DNA of 64,000 nt, from the NCBI GenBank assembly GCA_963847445.1, contig CAWJZV010000045.1:96001-160000 (forward strand), written 5' to 3'. The notes below the pieces were generated by a model, which was given only the letters and a program-made list of their open reading frames with translations, ran no database searches and had not been told where the DNA came from. Position 1 is the stretch's first letter; every line of letters begins with the position of its first letter. Positions 11,701-24,405 of the stretch are shown here, piece by piece. This stretch comes from an uncultured delta proteobacterium. GTDB lineage: Bacteria > Desulfobacterota > Binatia > UBA9968. The position numbers and the translations under genes were made by a program.

Positions 11701-12951
11701 TCAATTGGCGCCGAACTTGCGCAGGTTCGGCATGCCGATCCAGTATCCCAACGTTAGCAACGTGCCGACGGCGCAGCCGAACAGCAACGCGCCGGGCGCG
11801 CCGATGCAGCGCCGCCATGAAGCCGACTTCGGTGGCGCCGACGCTGTTGGCGCCTTGGGAAAACATGTGAAACACGGCGAAGGCGCGGCCGCGCACCTGC
11901 TGCGGCGTGAGCAAATGAAAAGTCGTCTGGCGCATGACCGCTTGGAGCGAGTTGGCCATTCCGGTGACGCCGAGAAGTCCAAACGACAGCCAGAAATTCG
12001 CCGACAGCGCGAAGCCGCCAACCGCCAGCGCGTAAGCGAGAAACGACCAGAGGGCGAGCATGCCCTTATTTTTTACGTCGCCGAACAACGAGCAGGGTGA
12101 CCGTGCCGATCATGCCGCCTATCGCCGGCGCCGAGGACAGCATGCCGAAACCGGCGGGGCCGACGAACAGAATGTCTTTGGCGAAGACCGGCAAGAGCGG
12201 GCGAAAATAGCCGACGCCGACGACGACGAAGTCGAGCAACACCATGGCGAGCACGACCGGTTCCGAGAAGAGAAACTTGACGCCGCCGAGCAGACTGGCG
12301 AGCGCAAGTTTTTCGCGATTCGATCTCGATACTCAGCGGGAATCGTCAGCGAGACGATGGCGATAGACGGCGGGCAGATAAAAAAGCGCATTGAATAGAT
12401 AAGCATTGCCGGTGCTCATCCAAGCCAGACTCAAGCCGCCGAGCATGGGGCCGATAAAGTGCGAGCCTTGGGAAATCGCGGAGTTGAGCGACACGGCGTT
12501 GGTCAGATGGGTGCGCGGCACGAGGTAGGAGATCAGCGACATGCGCGTCGGATTGAGCACGATGTTGAGCGCCGAGGTCATCGCCGTGCCGACTTGGATA
12601 TGCCAAACTTCGATTAGGCCGGCGAGGGTCAGTACGCCAAGTGCGACCGCGACCAACAAGATTCCCCAAAGTGGTCGCCAGAATGAGTTTCTTGCGATCG
12701 ACAAAATCGGCCAAGGTGCCGCCGAACAGGCCGAAGACAAAAATCGGCACGCCCTGGGCGACGCCGGTGAGGCCGAGTTGAAACGCCGATCCGGAAATCT
12801 CGTAGACTTGGTAGAAGTTCTGCGTCTGGCGCATCTGCTGCGCGGTTGTCGCGCACAGAGAAAGCAGGAAAAGCAGTCGGTAGTCGCGTAGACGCAGCGA
12901 GGCCCAGGGCGACAACCGCTGCGCCGGTTTCTCGGTGTGATCCTCAGACAT
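11701..12951 (-). CDS. MFS transporter (MFS_3/EntS-like, indel-broken)
   Basis: Multiple TM helices; GGTLADFVDRKKL, LTNAVSLNS, VRGRAF. Confidence 0.88.
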
Positions 12952-13219
12952 GATGTGGATTCATCGTAGATTCCTCAGTTAAAATTGGCGTGGCCGAGCG
13001 AGCTGCAATCCTGCCGTCATGTAGACAATGGATTCTGCCCCTGAGCAAGCAACGATCCGGCAGTGCTTGGTGATTTTTGCGAAGCCATAGCGCCAGGTTG
13101 CCAAAGGTGGAAATAGACTTTGAAGCTGCACGCCTAGGGGTCTTCCGATTCCAGGATCGCGCCTCGCTCGGCCTCTGCTACGCTGTGTAAATGCGGAATT
13201 TGCACTGAAGCAGTGTTAG

Positions 13220-14389
13220 CTACTTGAGCTGTCTCATCACTTCGTCGTGAATGGTTTTGAGCGAGATGCGTTTGGCTGCGGCGATGCGCTTCAGGTCGTC
13301 GTATTCCGGCGTGGCGCGCTCGGCTGCCGTCCGGTTGGGTGACGATTTTGACCGTGACTTCGCCAAAGCGAGTTTTTACTTTTTTCGACTGCTCTCGCCA
13401 AGAGAATGCGGCTGACGGGATAGTAGCGCACGCCGATGGTCGTGGTCTCCTGCAAGATAACCGCAGCGAGGCGATCGCGCCGGGCGAGTTCGCAGATGAC
13501 CGTGAGCAGCGTGGCGGGGCGGTTCTTTTTCATCTGGATCGGCGCCAGAAAGACATCGCGGGCGCCGGCGGCGAACAGCCGCTCCATGACATGGTCGAAA
13601 TGCTGCGGGTTCATGTCGTCGATGTTGGTTTCGATGACCAGCATCTCTTCATGCTGTAAGTTGGCCGCGTTCGCGCCGATGACTAGGCGAAACAGATTGG
13701 GCCGGTTGGGAAATTCTTTTTGCCCGGTGCCGTAGCCGATCTTGTCGATGGTCATGGCCGGCTGGTCGCCGAAACTGCTGCCCAACACTTTTAGCAAAGC
13801 CGCGCCGGTGGGCGTCACCGTCTCGCTTTCCAGATCGATGCCGAAGGTGGGCAGACCTTTCAACAATTCCATTGTCGCCGGTCCCGGCACCGGCAGCGGG
13901 CCATGCTGCGGAGCGGGTCAATGCCGTGGCCCAGGGGAATCCTGGAAAAATGTAGTCTGGTCTATTGCTAATTCCTCTGACACCGATCGCCGCGGCGACG
14001 ATGTCGACGATGGAATCGGTGGCGCCGACTTCATGGAAGTGCACATGATCGACGGCGACGCCGTGAATCTTCGCTTCGGCTTGGGCGAGCCGGGTGAAGA
14101 TGTCGATGCGCGGTCGCTTTGACCGTCGCGGACTGAGTTTGCTGCGCTCGATCAGTCGGCGGATCTGCTGCCAGGAGCGCGGCGCTTCCTGGCGCGGGCA
14201 GATGACCTGGAACTGGGTGGCGCGGACGGCGTGGACCGTCTTCTTCGCGGTCTTGAGAGCGAACGTCAGGGTTGGAATCTTTTTCAGCTCCGCTTTGAGC
14301 TTGCCCAGCGGCAAGCCGAGATCGATCAGCGCGGCGACGAACATGTCGCCGCTGATGCCGCCGATGAGATCTCCGTAGGCTATCCGCAT
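13220..14389 (-). CDS. larC: Nickel pincer cofactor biosynthesis protein LarC (indel-broken)
   Basis: GISGDM, VHFHEVGATDSIVD, TPTGAA, ETNIDD, MKKNRP, PEYDD. Confidence 0.93.
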
Positions 14390-14394
14390 GTCAT

Positions 14395-14466
14395 GCTCGT
14401 GGCTCGTGCTCGTGGCTCGTGGCTCGGAATCGCTGACGATCACGAATCACGAACCACGATCACGAC
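14395..14466. repeat. Intergenic short-unit inverted repeat (GCTCGT(G) then CACGA units)
   Basis: gctcgtggctcgtgctcgtggctcgtggctcg ... cacgaatcacgaaccacgatcacgac. Confidence 0.75.
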
Positions 14467-14469
14467 TTC

Positions 14470-15683
14470 TCACCAATCCCGATGCACTTCCTTGCCGCTG
14501 GTTTCGATGCGGATGATTTCCGACTTGAAAGGCTTGCCGAGCAGGGTGTCGATGAGCCAGTTGATCACCAGCGGGCGCGCTTTGGGATTGCGGATCGAGT
14601 GGCGTTCGCCTTCGAAGACGTAGAGCAGTTTCGGCGCGGGCAGCTTCGCCCATGAGCTTGTAGACGAACTTCATGTCGCAGTGCTCGTCGTCTTCGCCGG
14701 CGACGATCATGTAAGGACAAGTGATTTTCGCGGTGACGCCTTCGAGGGACAGGGTTTGGCAGAATTCGTCGAAGGCGGCTTCGTCGTCGTAGCCGGACAT
14801 GTACATGTAATTCAACTTAAACGTCGGCGACGACATGTTGAAGATGGCGAACTGGCCCGGCTCCATGCAGACGCCGCTGACGGCGCAGGCTTTGAAGCGT
14901 TTCTCCGCGGCGACCACCCGCGGCGCCCAGTAGGAGCCCATGCTCGAAGCCATGACGCCAAGACGATCGGCGTCGATCTCAGGGCGTTTGACCAGATAGT
15001 CGGCGACGAGTTTGCCGACATCCTCGACGTTGGACGCGGTGCATTTGATGCCGCCTTCGCGGGTCTCGCCATGGCCGGGGCAGTCGACGGATAACAGCGC
15101 GAAGCCGCGCTCGATGAACGGATCGCCGCTGGCCGGGTGGTCTTCTTTGACGCCGTCCATGCCGGGGATGTACATGACGCAGGGCACTTTCTCGCCGGCT
15201 TTGCGGCCCGGCGGGAGATGCAAGAGCGCCTGGACTTTCTTGCCGTCGTAGGGCAGCTCGACGCGTTCGATCGGCCTGCCGGCATATTGAATGAACTTGT
15301 CGTAGCTGGCGCGTTTGCGCTCCTGCCAGTGGATGCGCTCGCGGTTGCCGTCTTCGTAGATCGCCCACATGGCGTTGGTGTAGAAGCATGCGGCGATGTA
15401 GTAGTGGTCGCGCGCTTCATTTAACTTGCCGGCCGCTTCGGCCTGGCGCCCTTGCTCTTCGCGGCGCGCCGCCGCCTGGGAGAATTCGCGCGGGATATCG
15501 ACGAATTTTTTGATTCGGCTGCACAGCTCGGTCAAATCTTTCTCGACCGCTGGGGCCGCAGTTGCGGATAATTTTCCCGGTGCGGCCCTGGTCCCAGTCG
15601 ATGCCGCGGGTTTGAATCACCTGATCCAGGATCCAGCGCTGTTCGCGCCAACGTTTCATTTTCCGTTCGGTTTCGATTCTCAT
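14470..15683 (-). CDS. Alpha/beta hydrolase (FrsA / 2,6-dihydroxypseudooxynicotine hydrolase-like)
   Basis: PGMDGVKE, DCPGHGE, nucleophile ASSMG, GEDD, GERH triad candidates. Confidence 0.85.
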
Positions 15684-15715
15684 GTTTCCTCCTTGTCGAT
15701 CTGAACAGGTGAAAT

Positions 15716-15797
15716 CGAGGATCAGAGGATGGATGATAGAGGATCGCTTACTTGATGCGACCTGGCCATCCTCCATCTTCGAATCCTCCATCCTCGA
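15716..15797. repeat. Intergenic heptamer-type inverted repeat (GAGGAT / ATCCTC units)
   Basis: gaggatcagaggatggatgatagaggatcg ... ccatcctccatcttcgaatcctccatcctcg. Confidence 0.7.
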
Positions 15798-15801
15798 CTC
15801 A

Positions 15802-16811
15802 TCATTGTTTTATCATTTGCCGGACGAAGCGGTCATCGACGAATTTTCGCAAATCGACATTTTTCAGTTGCGGCGTGGTTTCCAACAGGCTGTCGCGCAC
15901 CGCTTCGAGGCCTTTGAGCCCCGGATAGGGCGGGTTGGAAATCGCCGCGTCGTATTCTTTGTAGCCGCCTTCGAGTATGCGATCGTCGGCGCGCAGGTAT
16001 TTGCGCAGAATTCGCAACGCGGCGCGGCTGTCTTCCTTATAAACTTTGGCGCCGTCGGTGAGCGACGCCATGTAGGCGCGCACGACCTCGGGCTGGCTCT
16101 GCACGAACGAGCGTTTCGCCGCGATGCCGGAGAAAGTAAATTCGCGGCCGAGATCGGGGATATGCAAGAGCGGGCGGTAACCCAAATCGCGGGCCGCAGT
16201 GGATGTCGGCGGCGAAAGAATGCCGGCTTGCACTGCGCCGGCGCGCATGGCGGCGAGGATCTCGGGAATGCCGCCCAGGGCGATCATGGTCACGTCTTTG
16301 GCGTTCAAACCGAATTGTTCCAGCGCCGCGCGCACGGCGAGATCGCTGGCCGAGCCGATGCGCGTGATGCCGATCTTTTTCCCTTTGAGATCGGGCCTTT
16401 GGCAATGCTCGGATCGGCGAGTAGGGTGAAAACCATTTGATGAGTGGTGGTGCCGACCCAGACGAAGTCGGCGCCCTGAACCCAAGCCGTCAGCATCGGC
16501 GCCGGCGACAGATGACCGAAGTGAATCTCGCCGGCGAGCAGCGCCTGCACGGCGGTGGAACCGCCGCGGATGTAGATCAGGTTCGAGTCCAAGCCATGTT
16601 TGCGAAAATGGCCATCTTCATGGGTGAGCCAAAGCGTGCCGATGCCGGCGGAGAGGGCGCTGTAGGCGGTGCGTACTGGGGTGACACGATTTTGCCCCGA
16701 ACATGGTGCCGCTATCGTAACCGAAAACAGCGCGAAGAGCAGGATTGTCAGCGACAAATTGCCATCCTGCAGCAATGTTCGGATGAAAAATCGCGTGTTC
16801 GGTGGGCTCAT
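15802..16811 (-). CDS. ABC transporter substrate-binding protein, SsuA/THI5-like (one indel)
   Basis: Signal peptide; GGSTAVQALLAGE, DLKGKKIGITRIGS. Confidence 0.85.
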
Positions 16812-16990
16812 TGTGGCGGTTTTTGCCTGGCAAAGCGCGCCCGGCGGCTCGCCGCTGACTGTAGCAAAATTCCATTGGTTCGCAAACTTAGCGGCTCAAA
16901 GCCAGTCAAATCAATCTGTTTGAATCTGCGAAGCTTTTGTGGTTAAAAGGAAACGATATCTGTCTCTCAGTGTAACTACGGAAACTTACG

Positions 16991-17377
16991 ATGTTATTTG
17001 ATTTTGCTAACGTCCTGGTGTTCACCGCGCTGGGTCTTGGATTCGTCGGTGTCAATCTGTTGATCGGCAAGTTGTTGCGGCCGGCCAATCCGCAGACACG
17101 CAAACTATCGACCTATGAGTGCGGCGAGCCGTCCACCGGCAGCGCTTGGGTCAATTTCAACATCCGTTTTTATCTGGTCGCATTGGTTTTCATCATCTTC
17201 GAAGTTGAAATCGCCTTCATCTTTCCGGTGGCCGCGGTGTTTCGCCGTTGGGTCGAAGGCGGTGTCGGTCTGTTCGCGCTGGTCGAAGTGCTGATGTTCG
17301 TCGGCATTCTGTTTCTCGGATTGGTTTACGCTTGGGTCAAGGGTGACTTGGACTGGGTCAAGAAGGTCAAGGCTTAA
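16991..17377 (+). CDS. nuoA: NADH-quinone oxidoreductase subunit A
   Basis: [20 protein letters not shown]. Confidence 0.95.
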   Translation: MLFDFANVLVFTALGLGFVGVNLLIGKLLRPANPQTRKLSTYECGEPSTGSAWVNFNIRFYLVALVFIIFEVEIAFIFPVAAVFRRWVEGGVGLFALVEVLMFVGILFLGLVYAWVKGDLDWVKKVKA

Positions 17378-17403
17378 TCGGCCTGGCTATCGGAGTCTTT
17401 GCA

Positions 17404-17916
17404 ATGAAACCGCTGATCAACACGTTGCCCGAAACGGTTTTTACCACCAAGGTCGACGATCTGCTCAACTGGGGCCGAGCCTCATCGCAGTGGTACATGC
17501 TGTTCGGTTTGGCCTGCTGCGCCATCGAGCTCATGCAGACCGGCGGGCCGCGGGCCGATCTCGACCGTTTCGGCGCGGTGCCGCGGGCGACGCCGAGGCA
17601 ATCGGATCTGATGATCGTCGCCGGCACGCTGACCTACAAGATGGCCAAGCGCACCAAGCTGCTCTATGACCAGATGCCCGATCCCAAGTACGTCATCTCC
17701 ATGGGCAGTTGCTCGAACTGCGGCGGGCTGTTCCAGCTCGCTTATTCGGTCTGCAAAGGCGTCGACAAGATCATTCCGGTCGACGTTTACGTGCCCGGCT
17801 GTCCGCCGCGTCCGGAAGCGCTGACCGAGGGGTTGCTGCGAATTCAGGACAAGATGATGCGCGAACGCTGGCTGGTGAAGGCGCCTGAGGCCGAGGGCGA
17901 TGAAGCCGGGGCTTAA
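17404..17916 (+). CDS. nuoB: NADH-quinone oxidoreductase subunit B
   Basis: [22 protein letters not shown]. Confidence 0.96.
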   Translation: MKPLINTLPETVFTTKVDDLLNWGRASSQWYMLFGLACCAIELMQTGGPRADLDRFGAVPRATPRQSDLMIVAGTLTYKMAKRTKLLYDQMPDPKYVISMGSCSNCGGLFQLAYSVCKGVDKIIPVDVYVPGCPPRPEALTEGLLRIQDKMMRERWLVKAPEAEGDEAGA

Positions 17917-17924
17917 GATTCAAA

Positions 17925-18432
17925 ATGGAAGCCAAAGAAACCTACGCCTCGCTGGAAAAGCTCTTTCCCGGCAAAGTCCGCGACTTCAAGGGCGATGTGT
18001 TCGAGCCCTATTTGAACGTCGAAAAGGAAGCACATCGTCGAAATCTGCCGTTTCCTGCGGACCGCGCAGAGTTTCAGATTTGAAGTGCTGTCGGATTTGA
18101 CCGCCATCGACTGGCCCAAGGAAGAGAAGATTCAGATCGTTTACCATCTGTTTTCCTACGCGCATAACCATCAGATCGTTCTCAAGGTCGATTTGCCGCG
18201 CGACAATCCTAAAATCGCCACGGTGGAAGGGCAGTGGAAAGTGGCCAATTGGTTCGAGCGCGAGGTTTACGATCTGTTCGGCGTGATCTTCGAAGGCCAC
18301 AGCGATCTGCGCCGGATCATGTTGCCGGAAGATTGGGTCGGCTTCCCGCTGCGCAAAGACTACGTCGAGCAGGAAGAGTATGACGGCATCAGCACCCAGC
18401 GCGCGCCCCTGGTAGAAAAGTTGTTGCGATAA
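17925..18432 (+). CDS. nuoC: NADH-quinone oxidoreductase subunit C
   Basis: ANWFEREVYDLFG, GFPLRKD. Confidence 0.93.
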
Positions 18433-18441
18433 GGCCAATTC

Positions 18442-19583
18442 ATGAGCGAAACCGCCGCCACGGATACCGGCTTCTACGCCGAAGAGATGACCATCAATGT
18501 TGGGCCGCAGCATCCGAGCACCCATGGGGTGTTGCGCTTCGTGGTCAAGACCGACGGCGAGGTGATCAACGAGGCGATCCCCGATGTCGGCTACTTGCAC
18601 CGCTCCATCGAGAAGATCGGCGAGAAGGTCACTTATCACGGCTACGTGCCGTACACCGACCGCGTCGACTATCTCGCCGCGATGTTTGCCAATCAGGCGT
18701 TCTGCATGGCGGCGGAGAAGCTCGCCAACATCGAAGTGCCGCGCCGCGGCGAGTTCTGCCGGGTCATCGCTTGCGAGCTCAACCGTCTCGCCAGCCATCT
18801 GATTTCCGTCGGCACCATCGGCCAGGACATCGGCGCCATGACGCCGTTCGTCCACGCCCTGCGCGAGCGCGAAACCATCAACAATTTGATGGAAGAGATC
18901 TGCGGCGCCCGGCTGACCTACAATTATATGCGCATCGGCGGCGTCGGCTACGATATCGTGCCGTCGACCATGACCAAGATCGCCGAGTTTCTCGATCACT
19001 TCGAGCCGATCGTCGAGGAGTTCAACCGCTTGCTCTCCGGCAACAAGATTTTCATCGAGCGTTTGGCCAATGTCGCGGTGATCAGTAAAGCGGACGCGCT
19101 GTCGTACAATCTGGTCGGGCCCAACCTGCGCGGCTCGGGCATCAAGTGGGATATCCGGCGCGATATTCCGTATTCCGTCTATCCGGAGTTGGATTTCGAC
19201 GTTCCCGTCGGCACCGCCGAAGTCGGCAGCTCTGGGCGATAGCTTCGATCGCTTCTGGGTGCGCATCCGCGAGATGCAGGAGAGCGTCAAGATCCTCCGC
19301 CAGGCGATGAAAATGATCCCCAAGGGGCCGGCGATCTCCAAGGTCCCGAAAAAGTTTCGCCCGCCGGCGGGCGAATACTACGTCCGGGTCGAGGCGCCGC
19401 GCGGCGACATGGGCTTTTACGTGGTCAGCGACGGCAGCGAGTATCCCTATCGGGTGCGCATTCGCACCGGCTCGTTCACGGCGATGAGCATCATCGATAA
19501 GCTCAGCCAAAGGGATCATGGTGGCGGACTTGATCGCCTTGATCGGCAGTCTCGACGTCGATGCGCCGGAGATCGACCGTTAG
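18442..19583 (+). CDS. nuoD: NADH-quinone oxidoreductase subunit D (indel-broken)
   Basis: [28 protein letters not shown]-terminal EIDR. Confidence 0.95.
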
Positions 19584-19601
19584 GTTTTTTCCGAGTTTAA
19601 T

Positions 19602-20792
19602 ATGCAAGCTCTTCTCGACCAAATGATGCAAGAGGGCGCCTTCGCCGGTGTCCCTAAAGAGGTCGTCTACGCCATCGCCATGGTGCTGGCGGCAGTGGTG
19701 GTGTTTCGGTGTTCGTCGCGCCGCTCGCCGGCGTGACCAGCTGGCTCGAACGGCGCGTCTGGGCGCGCATGCAGTCGCGCGTCGGTCCGAACCGGGTCGG
19801 ACCGCAAGGCATTCTCCAGTGGCTCGCCGACGGCATCAAGAACATCATGAAGGAAGACATCATTCCGGCGGCGGCGGATCAAAAGCTCTTTCCGCTGGCG
19901 CCCTATATCGTCTTCATGGGCTTCCTCTGCGCCTTCGTGGTCATTCCGTTCGGCGAAAACCTGATCATCGCCGATCTCAACATCGGCATTCTCTACATAC
20001 TCGCGGTGACTTCGCTGGTCGTGGTCGGCATTCTCATGGCCGGCTGGGCGTCGAACAACAAATGGTCGCTGCTCGGCGGCATGCGCTCGGCGGCGCAGAT
20101 CGTCAGCTACGAGATTCCCGCGGGCTTGTCGGTTCTCACGATCGTGTTTCTCACCGGCACGCTGAGCATGCAGGGCATCATCAAGGCGCAGGGCTGGGGT
20201 CCGTGGGATTGGTTCATGTTCCACAACCCATTTACCTTCTGCGCGTTTCTTCCTGTTCTTCACCGCGGCTCTGGCCGAGGGCAACCGCACGCCGTTCGAT
20301 CTTCCCGAGGCCGAGTCCGAGCTGGTCGCCGGCTACGTGACCGAGTATAGCGGCATGCGCTTTCTGTTTTTCTTCTTCGCCGAGTGGGGCAATCTTTACG
20401 TCATCGGCGCGGTGGCCACGACGCTCTTCATGGGCGGCTGGCAGGTGCCGCCGTTCTTTGACGGCTATCCTGTGCTCAAGGGCGTGGCGCAGTTCGTGAC
20501 GTTCTTCCTGAAAGCTTACTTCTGGGTGTTCGTGGCGATGTGGATCCGCGCGACTTTGCCGCGCGTGCGCGTCGATCAGCTGATGGCGCTATGCTGGAAG
20601 TACATGGTGCCGTTATCGTTCGTCTGTTTGCTGGGCACCATCGGCTTCATGTTTATGGCCGAGATTAGCCGGCGCGTCTTTGGCGCGATCACGTTGGGCT
20701 TCGCCCTCGCCACCATAATCAATTTTTTCCGCCGGGTCGGCTTTCAGTTTCGCGCCGCCAAGCCCGAGGCCTATTGGAAGCCGCATATCTAG
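19602..20792 (+). CDS. nuoH: NADH-quinone oxidoreductase subunit H (indel-broken)
   Basis: ERRVWARMQSRVGPN, AQIVSYE, TEYSG, PRVRVDQ. Confidence 0.95.
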
Positions 20793-20805
20793 AATTTGAG
20801 GATTT

Positions 20806-21369
20806 ATGGGTGTTCTTACCAGCTATGTAAAAGATATTCAGGCTGCGATCTCGTCGACCTTCGAAGGCATGTCGATCACCTTCTCGCATTTGATGCGCCG
20901 GCCGATGACGATCCAGTATCCCGATAAGATTCCGGTGCCGATCCAGGAGACCTTGCCGCTGCGCTACCGCGGCATCCTCGAAGTCGATCTGGATATTTGC
21001 ACCGGCTGCCTGGCTTGCGAACGGATCTGTCCGATCACTTGCATTACCATCGGCATCGACATGAACAAGGAGACCAAGCAGCGCCAGTTCACCCATTTCG
21101 ACATCGATGTCTGTAAGTGCATGTATTGCGGGCTGTGCTCGGAGGTCTGCCCGACCGGCGCGATCCGCCACTCGCAGGAGTTCGAAGGGGCGAGCTATAA
21201 CCCGGCGGGCCTGGTGCGCCACTTCGCGCCTGAGGCGTCGAATCTCTACAAGCCAAAAAAGGGCGGCGAAACCGAGCCAAAATTAATTACCAAAGTCGAC
21301 ATCGGTCTAAAGTATCTGGACGAATTTGCTACGCCGGATGGAGGAGGGGCCGCCGAGGAGGAAGCATAG
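20806..21369 (+). CDS. nuoI: NADH-quinone oxidoreductase subunit I
   Basis: Two CxxCxxCxxxCP motifs; TIQYP. Confidence 0.95.
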   Translation: MGVLTSYVKDIQAAISSTFEGMSITFSHLMRRPMTIQYPDKIPVPIQETLPLRYRGILEVDLDICTGCLACERICPITCITIGIDMNKETKQRQFTHFDIDVCKCMYCGLCSEVCPTGAIRHSQEFEGASYNPAGLVRHFAPEASNLYKPKKGGETEPKLITKVDIGLKYLDEFATPDGGGAAEEEA

Positions 21370-21488
21370 GCGTCTGGAGCGGGGCGGTTTTTATCTTTAC
21401 ACCCAAGCCCCTTGATCCGTTACGGATCTTCCGATAAGTCAGCGAAAACGTCTGCAATTTTCCGCGTTTCCAAAATTTGAGTAAAGGT

Positions 21489-21989
21489 ATGACTGTTTCA
21501 ACGGCGGTTTTTTATCTAATTGCCCTGCTCACCATCGTGTCGGCGGGTATGGTGGCGTTCTCGCGCAATATAATTTACTCGGCGTTTTCCCTGTTGGGCA
21601 CGTTTCATGGGAATCGCCGGCTTGTATATTTTTCTCGGCGCTGACTTCGTCGCGGCGGTGCAGGTGTTGATCTACGTCGGCGGCATCCTGGTGCTGATCC
21701 TGTTCGCCGTCATGCTCACCCATCGGATCACCGATGTGACGATCACCAACCGCGCCGCCGGCCGCATCCCGGCGCTGATCGTCATCGGCGTGTTGGTTTA
21801 TTTTCTGATTCAGACGGTGAAGACCACGCCTTGGCTCAAGGCCAAGGAAGTCGTCTTCACGCCACGACGGCGAAGATCGGCGACGCCTTTCTCTATGACT
21901 ACCTGTTGCCTTTCGAGCTGGCCTCGTTGGTGCTATTGGCGGCGATGATCGGTGCGGTGGTGTTGTCGCGTAAGGAGATCAAAGACTAG
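21489..21989 (+). CDS. nuoJ: NADH-quinone oxidoreductase subunit J
   Basis: QVLIYVGGILVL, PFELAS. Confidence 0.92.
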
Positions 21990-21991
21990 CC

Positions 21992-22303
21992 ATGTCGCCC
22001 AATGAGCTATCTTCGTACCTGACCATCGCTGCGATCCTTTTCGCTCTCGGTTTGTTTACGGTGCTGACGCGGCGCAATGCCATCAGCGTGTTGATGGGCG
22101 TCGAGCTGATTCTCAACAGCGCCAACATCAATTACGTCGCGTTTTCCCACTTCAGCAGCGGCAATAGCGCCGGGCAGATTTACGCGATCTTTGTCATCAT
22201 GTTGGCCGCGGCGGAGGCGGCGGTCGGATTGGCGATCGTCTTGGCGATCTTCAAATTGTTCCACACCATCGATGTCGAAGCGGCGGAAACGATGAAAGAT
22301 TAG
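21992..22303 (+). CDS. nuoK: NADH-quinone oxidoreductase subunit K
   Basis: [17 protein letters not shown]. Confidence 0.95.
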   Translation: MSPNELSSYLTIAAILFALGLFTVLTRRNAISVLMGVELILNSANINYVAFSHFSSGNSAGQIYAIFVIMLAAAEAAVGLAIVLAIFKLFHTIDVEAAETMKD

Positions 22304-22333
22304 TTCAACGGTTCAAGGTTCAAAAGTTCAAGG
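22303..22333 (+). repeat. Short tandem GTTCAA(N) repeats between nuoK and nuoL
   Basis: gttcaacg gttcaag gttcaaaa gttcaagg. Confidence 0.7.
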
Positions 22334-22345
22334 TCAGAACGCTCG

Positions 22346-24392
22346 ATGGAAAACCCTATACAAACCGATTTCATACGCTGGATCGTGTTCCTGCCGTTGC
22401 TCGGCGCCATCGTCAACGGCCTGCTCGGCGCCAAGATTCAAAAGAGCTTGGGCAAGGGCGCCATCGGCGTGATCGCCTGTACGCCGGTGATCGTTGCCTT
22501 CGTGCTGTCCGTCAACGCCTTTCTTACGCTCAAAGGGCTGGCGCCGGAGAAGCGCTTTCTCATCGACAACCTTTATCGCTGGATCGACCTCGGCTCGCTG
22601 CAGGTCGACATGGCGTTTCTCAGTCGACCCGCTGTCCTGCGGTGATGATCCTGGTCGTCACCGGCATCGGCGGGCTCATCCATATCTACTCCACCGGCTA
22701 CATGCACGACGACAAGGCGTTCTGGCGCTTCTTCGCTTATCTCAATCTTTTCACCGCGGCGATGCTGACCTTGGTGCTGGGCGACAGCCTGCTCTTGCTG
22801 TTCGTCGGCTGGGAAGGCGTCGGGTTATGCTCCTACGCGCTGATCGGTTTTTGGTATCACGACCACGCCAACGCCCGCGCCGGCAATAAAGCTTTCATCG
22901 TCAACCGGGTCGGCGACTTCGGCTTTGTCCTCGGCATGTTTTTGTTGTTCTGGTCGCTCGACGCGCAGGGCCATGGCTCGCTGACCATTCGCGAGATGGC
23001 CAAATGGGCGCCGTCGATCAAGGATTCGCTCATTTGGGGTTGGCCAGTCGTTACCGTTGCCACGCTTTTCCTGTTCGTCGGCGCTACCGGTAAGTCGGCG
23101 CAGATTCCGCTCTTCGTCTGGCTGCCTGACGCGATGGCCGGACCGACGCCGGTCAGCGCGCTGATCCACGCCGCGACCATGGTCACCGCCGGCGTTTACA
23201 TGACCGCGCGGATGAACGTGTTCTTTTCCATGGCACCGGCGACGTTACACGTCATCGCGATCATCGGTGTCGCCACCGCGCTACTGGCGGCGACCATCGC
23301 GCTGACGCAAAACGATATCAAAAAAGTTCTCGCCTACTCGACGGTCAGTCAGCTCGGCTACATGTTCATCGGCGTCGGCGTCGGCGGTTACGCGGCCGGC
23401 GGTATTTCACCTGATGACCCACGCTTTTTTCAAAGCCTGTCTCTTCCTCGGCGCCGGCAGCGTGATTCACGCCATGCACCACGAGCAGGACATGCGCAAG
23501 ATGGGCGGGCTGAAACAGTGGATGCCGATTACCTTCGGGACGTTCTTCATCTCGATGCTCGCCATCGCCGGCTTCCCGCCGTTCGCCGGCTTCTTCTCCA
23601 AGGATGAAATTCTCTGGCTGGCGTTCACCAGCGAACATGGCAACAAGGCGGTATGGTTCTTGGCCCTGTGCGGCGCGGGCATGACGGCGTTCTACATGTT
23701 CCGCCAGTTGTTCATGACCTTTTACGGCGAGTGCCGCGCCGATCACCACACCCAGGAACACTTGCACGAATCGCCGTCGGTGATGACCATGCCGCTGGTG
23801 GTCTTGGCGATCGGCGCCGTGTTCGCCGGTTTGATCGGTTTGCCTGGCGTCTTGGGCGGCAGCCAGTTCGCCCACTGGTTGGCGCCGGTGATTCACGCTC
23901 ATGGCGAGAGCCATGCCTCCCATGCGCTCGAGTGGGGTTTGATGGCGGTTTCGGTTGCCGTCGCATCCTTCGGCGTCTTGATCGCCTTTCTCATGTACCG
24001 GCGCGAATCCATGTCGCCGGACACTTTCGTCAATCTCGCCGGCGGCCTGCCGTACCGCTTGTTCGATCGTAAATGGTACTGTCGACGAGATCTATCAAAC
24101 GGTTTTCGTCAATGGCACCTTGGTGCTGGCGCGCTTCTGGTCGGCCTTCGATGCCTATATCGTCGACGGCATCGTCAATGGCGTGGCGGCGTTGACCCGC
24201 TTCGTCGCCTGGCTCAACGGCCTGTTCGATACTTATATCATCGACGCTCTGGTCAATGCGCTGGCCAATGTAACTTACTGGCTGGGCAATCGATTTCGCC
24301 GGCTACAGACCGGCAACATCAACGGTTATCTCTACGGCATCATCATCGCGATGGCGGTGGCCGTGTTCGTCAAAGTCCGATACTGGAGCTGA
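22346..24392 (+). CDS. nuoL: NADH-quinone oxidoreductase subunit L (indel-broken)
   Basis: [38 protein letters not shown]. Confidence 0.95.
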
Positions 24393-24405
24393 TTTTTACT
24401 GGAGC

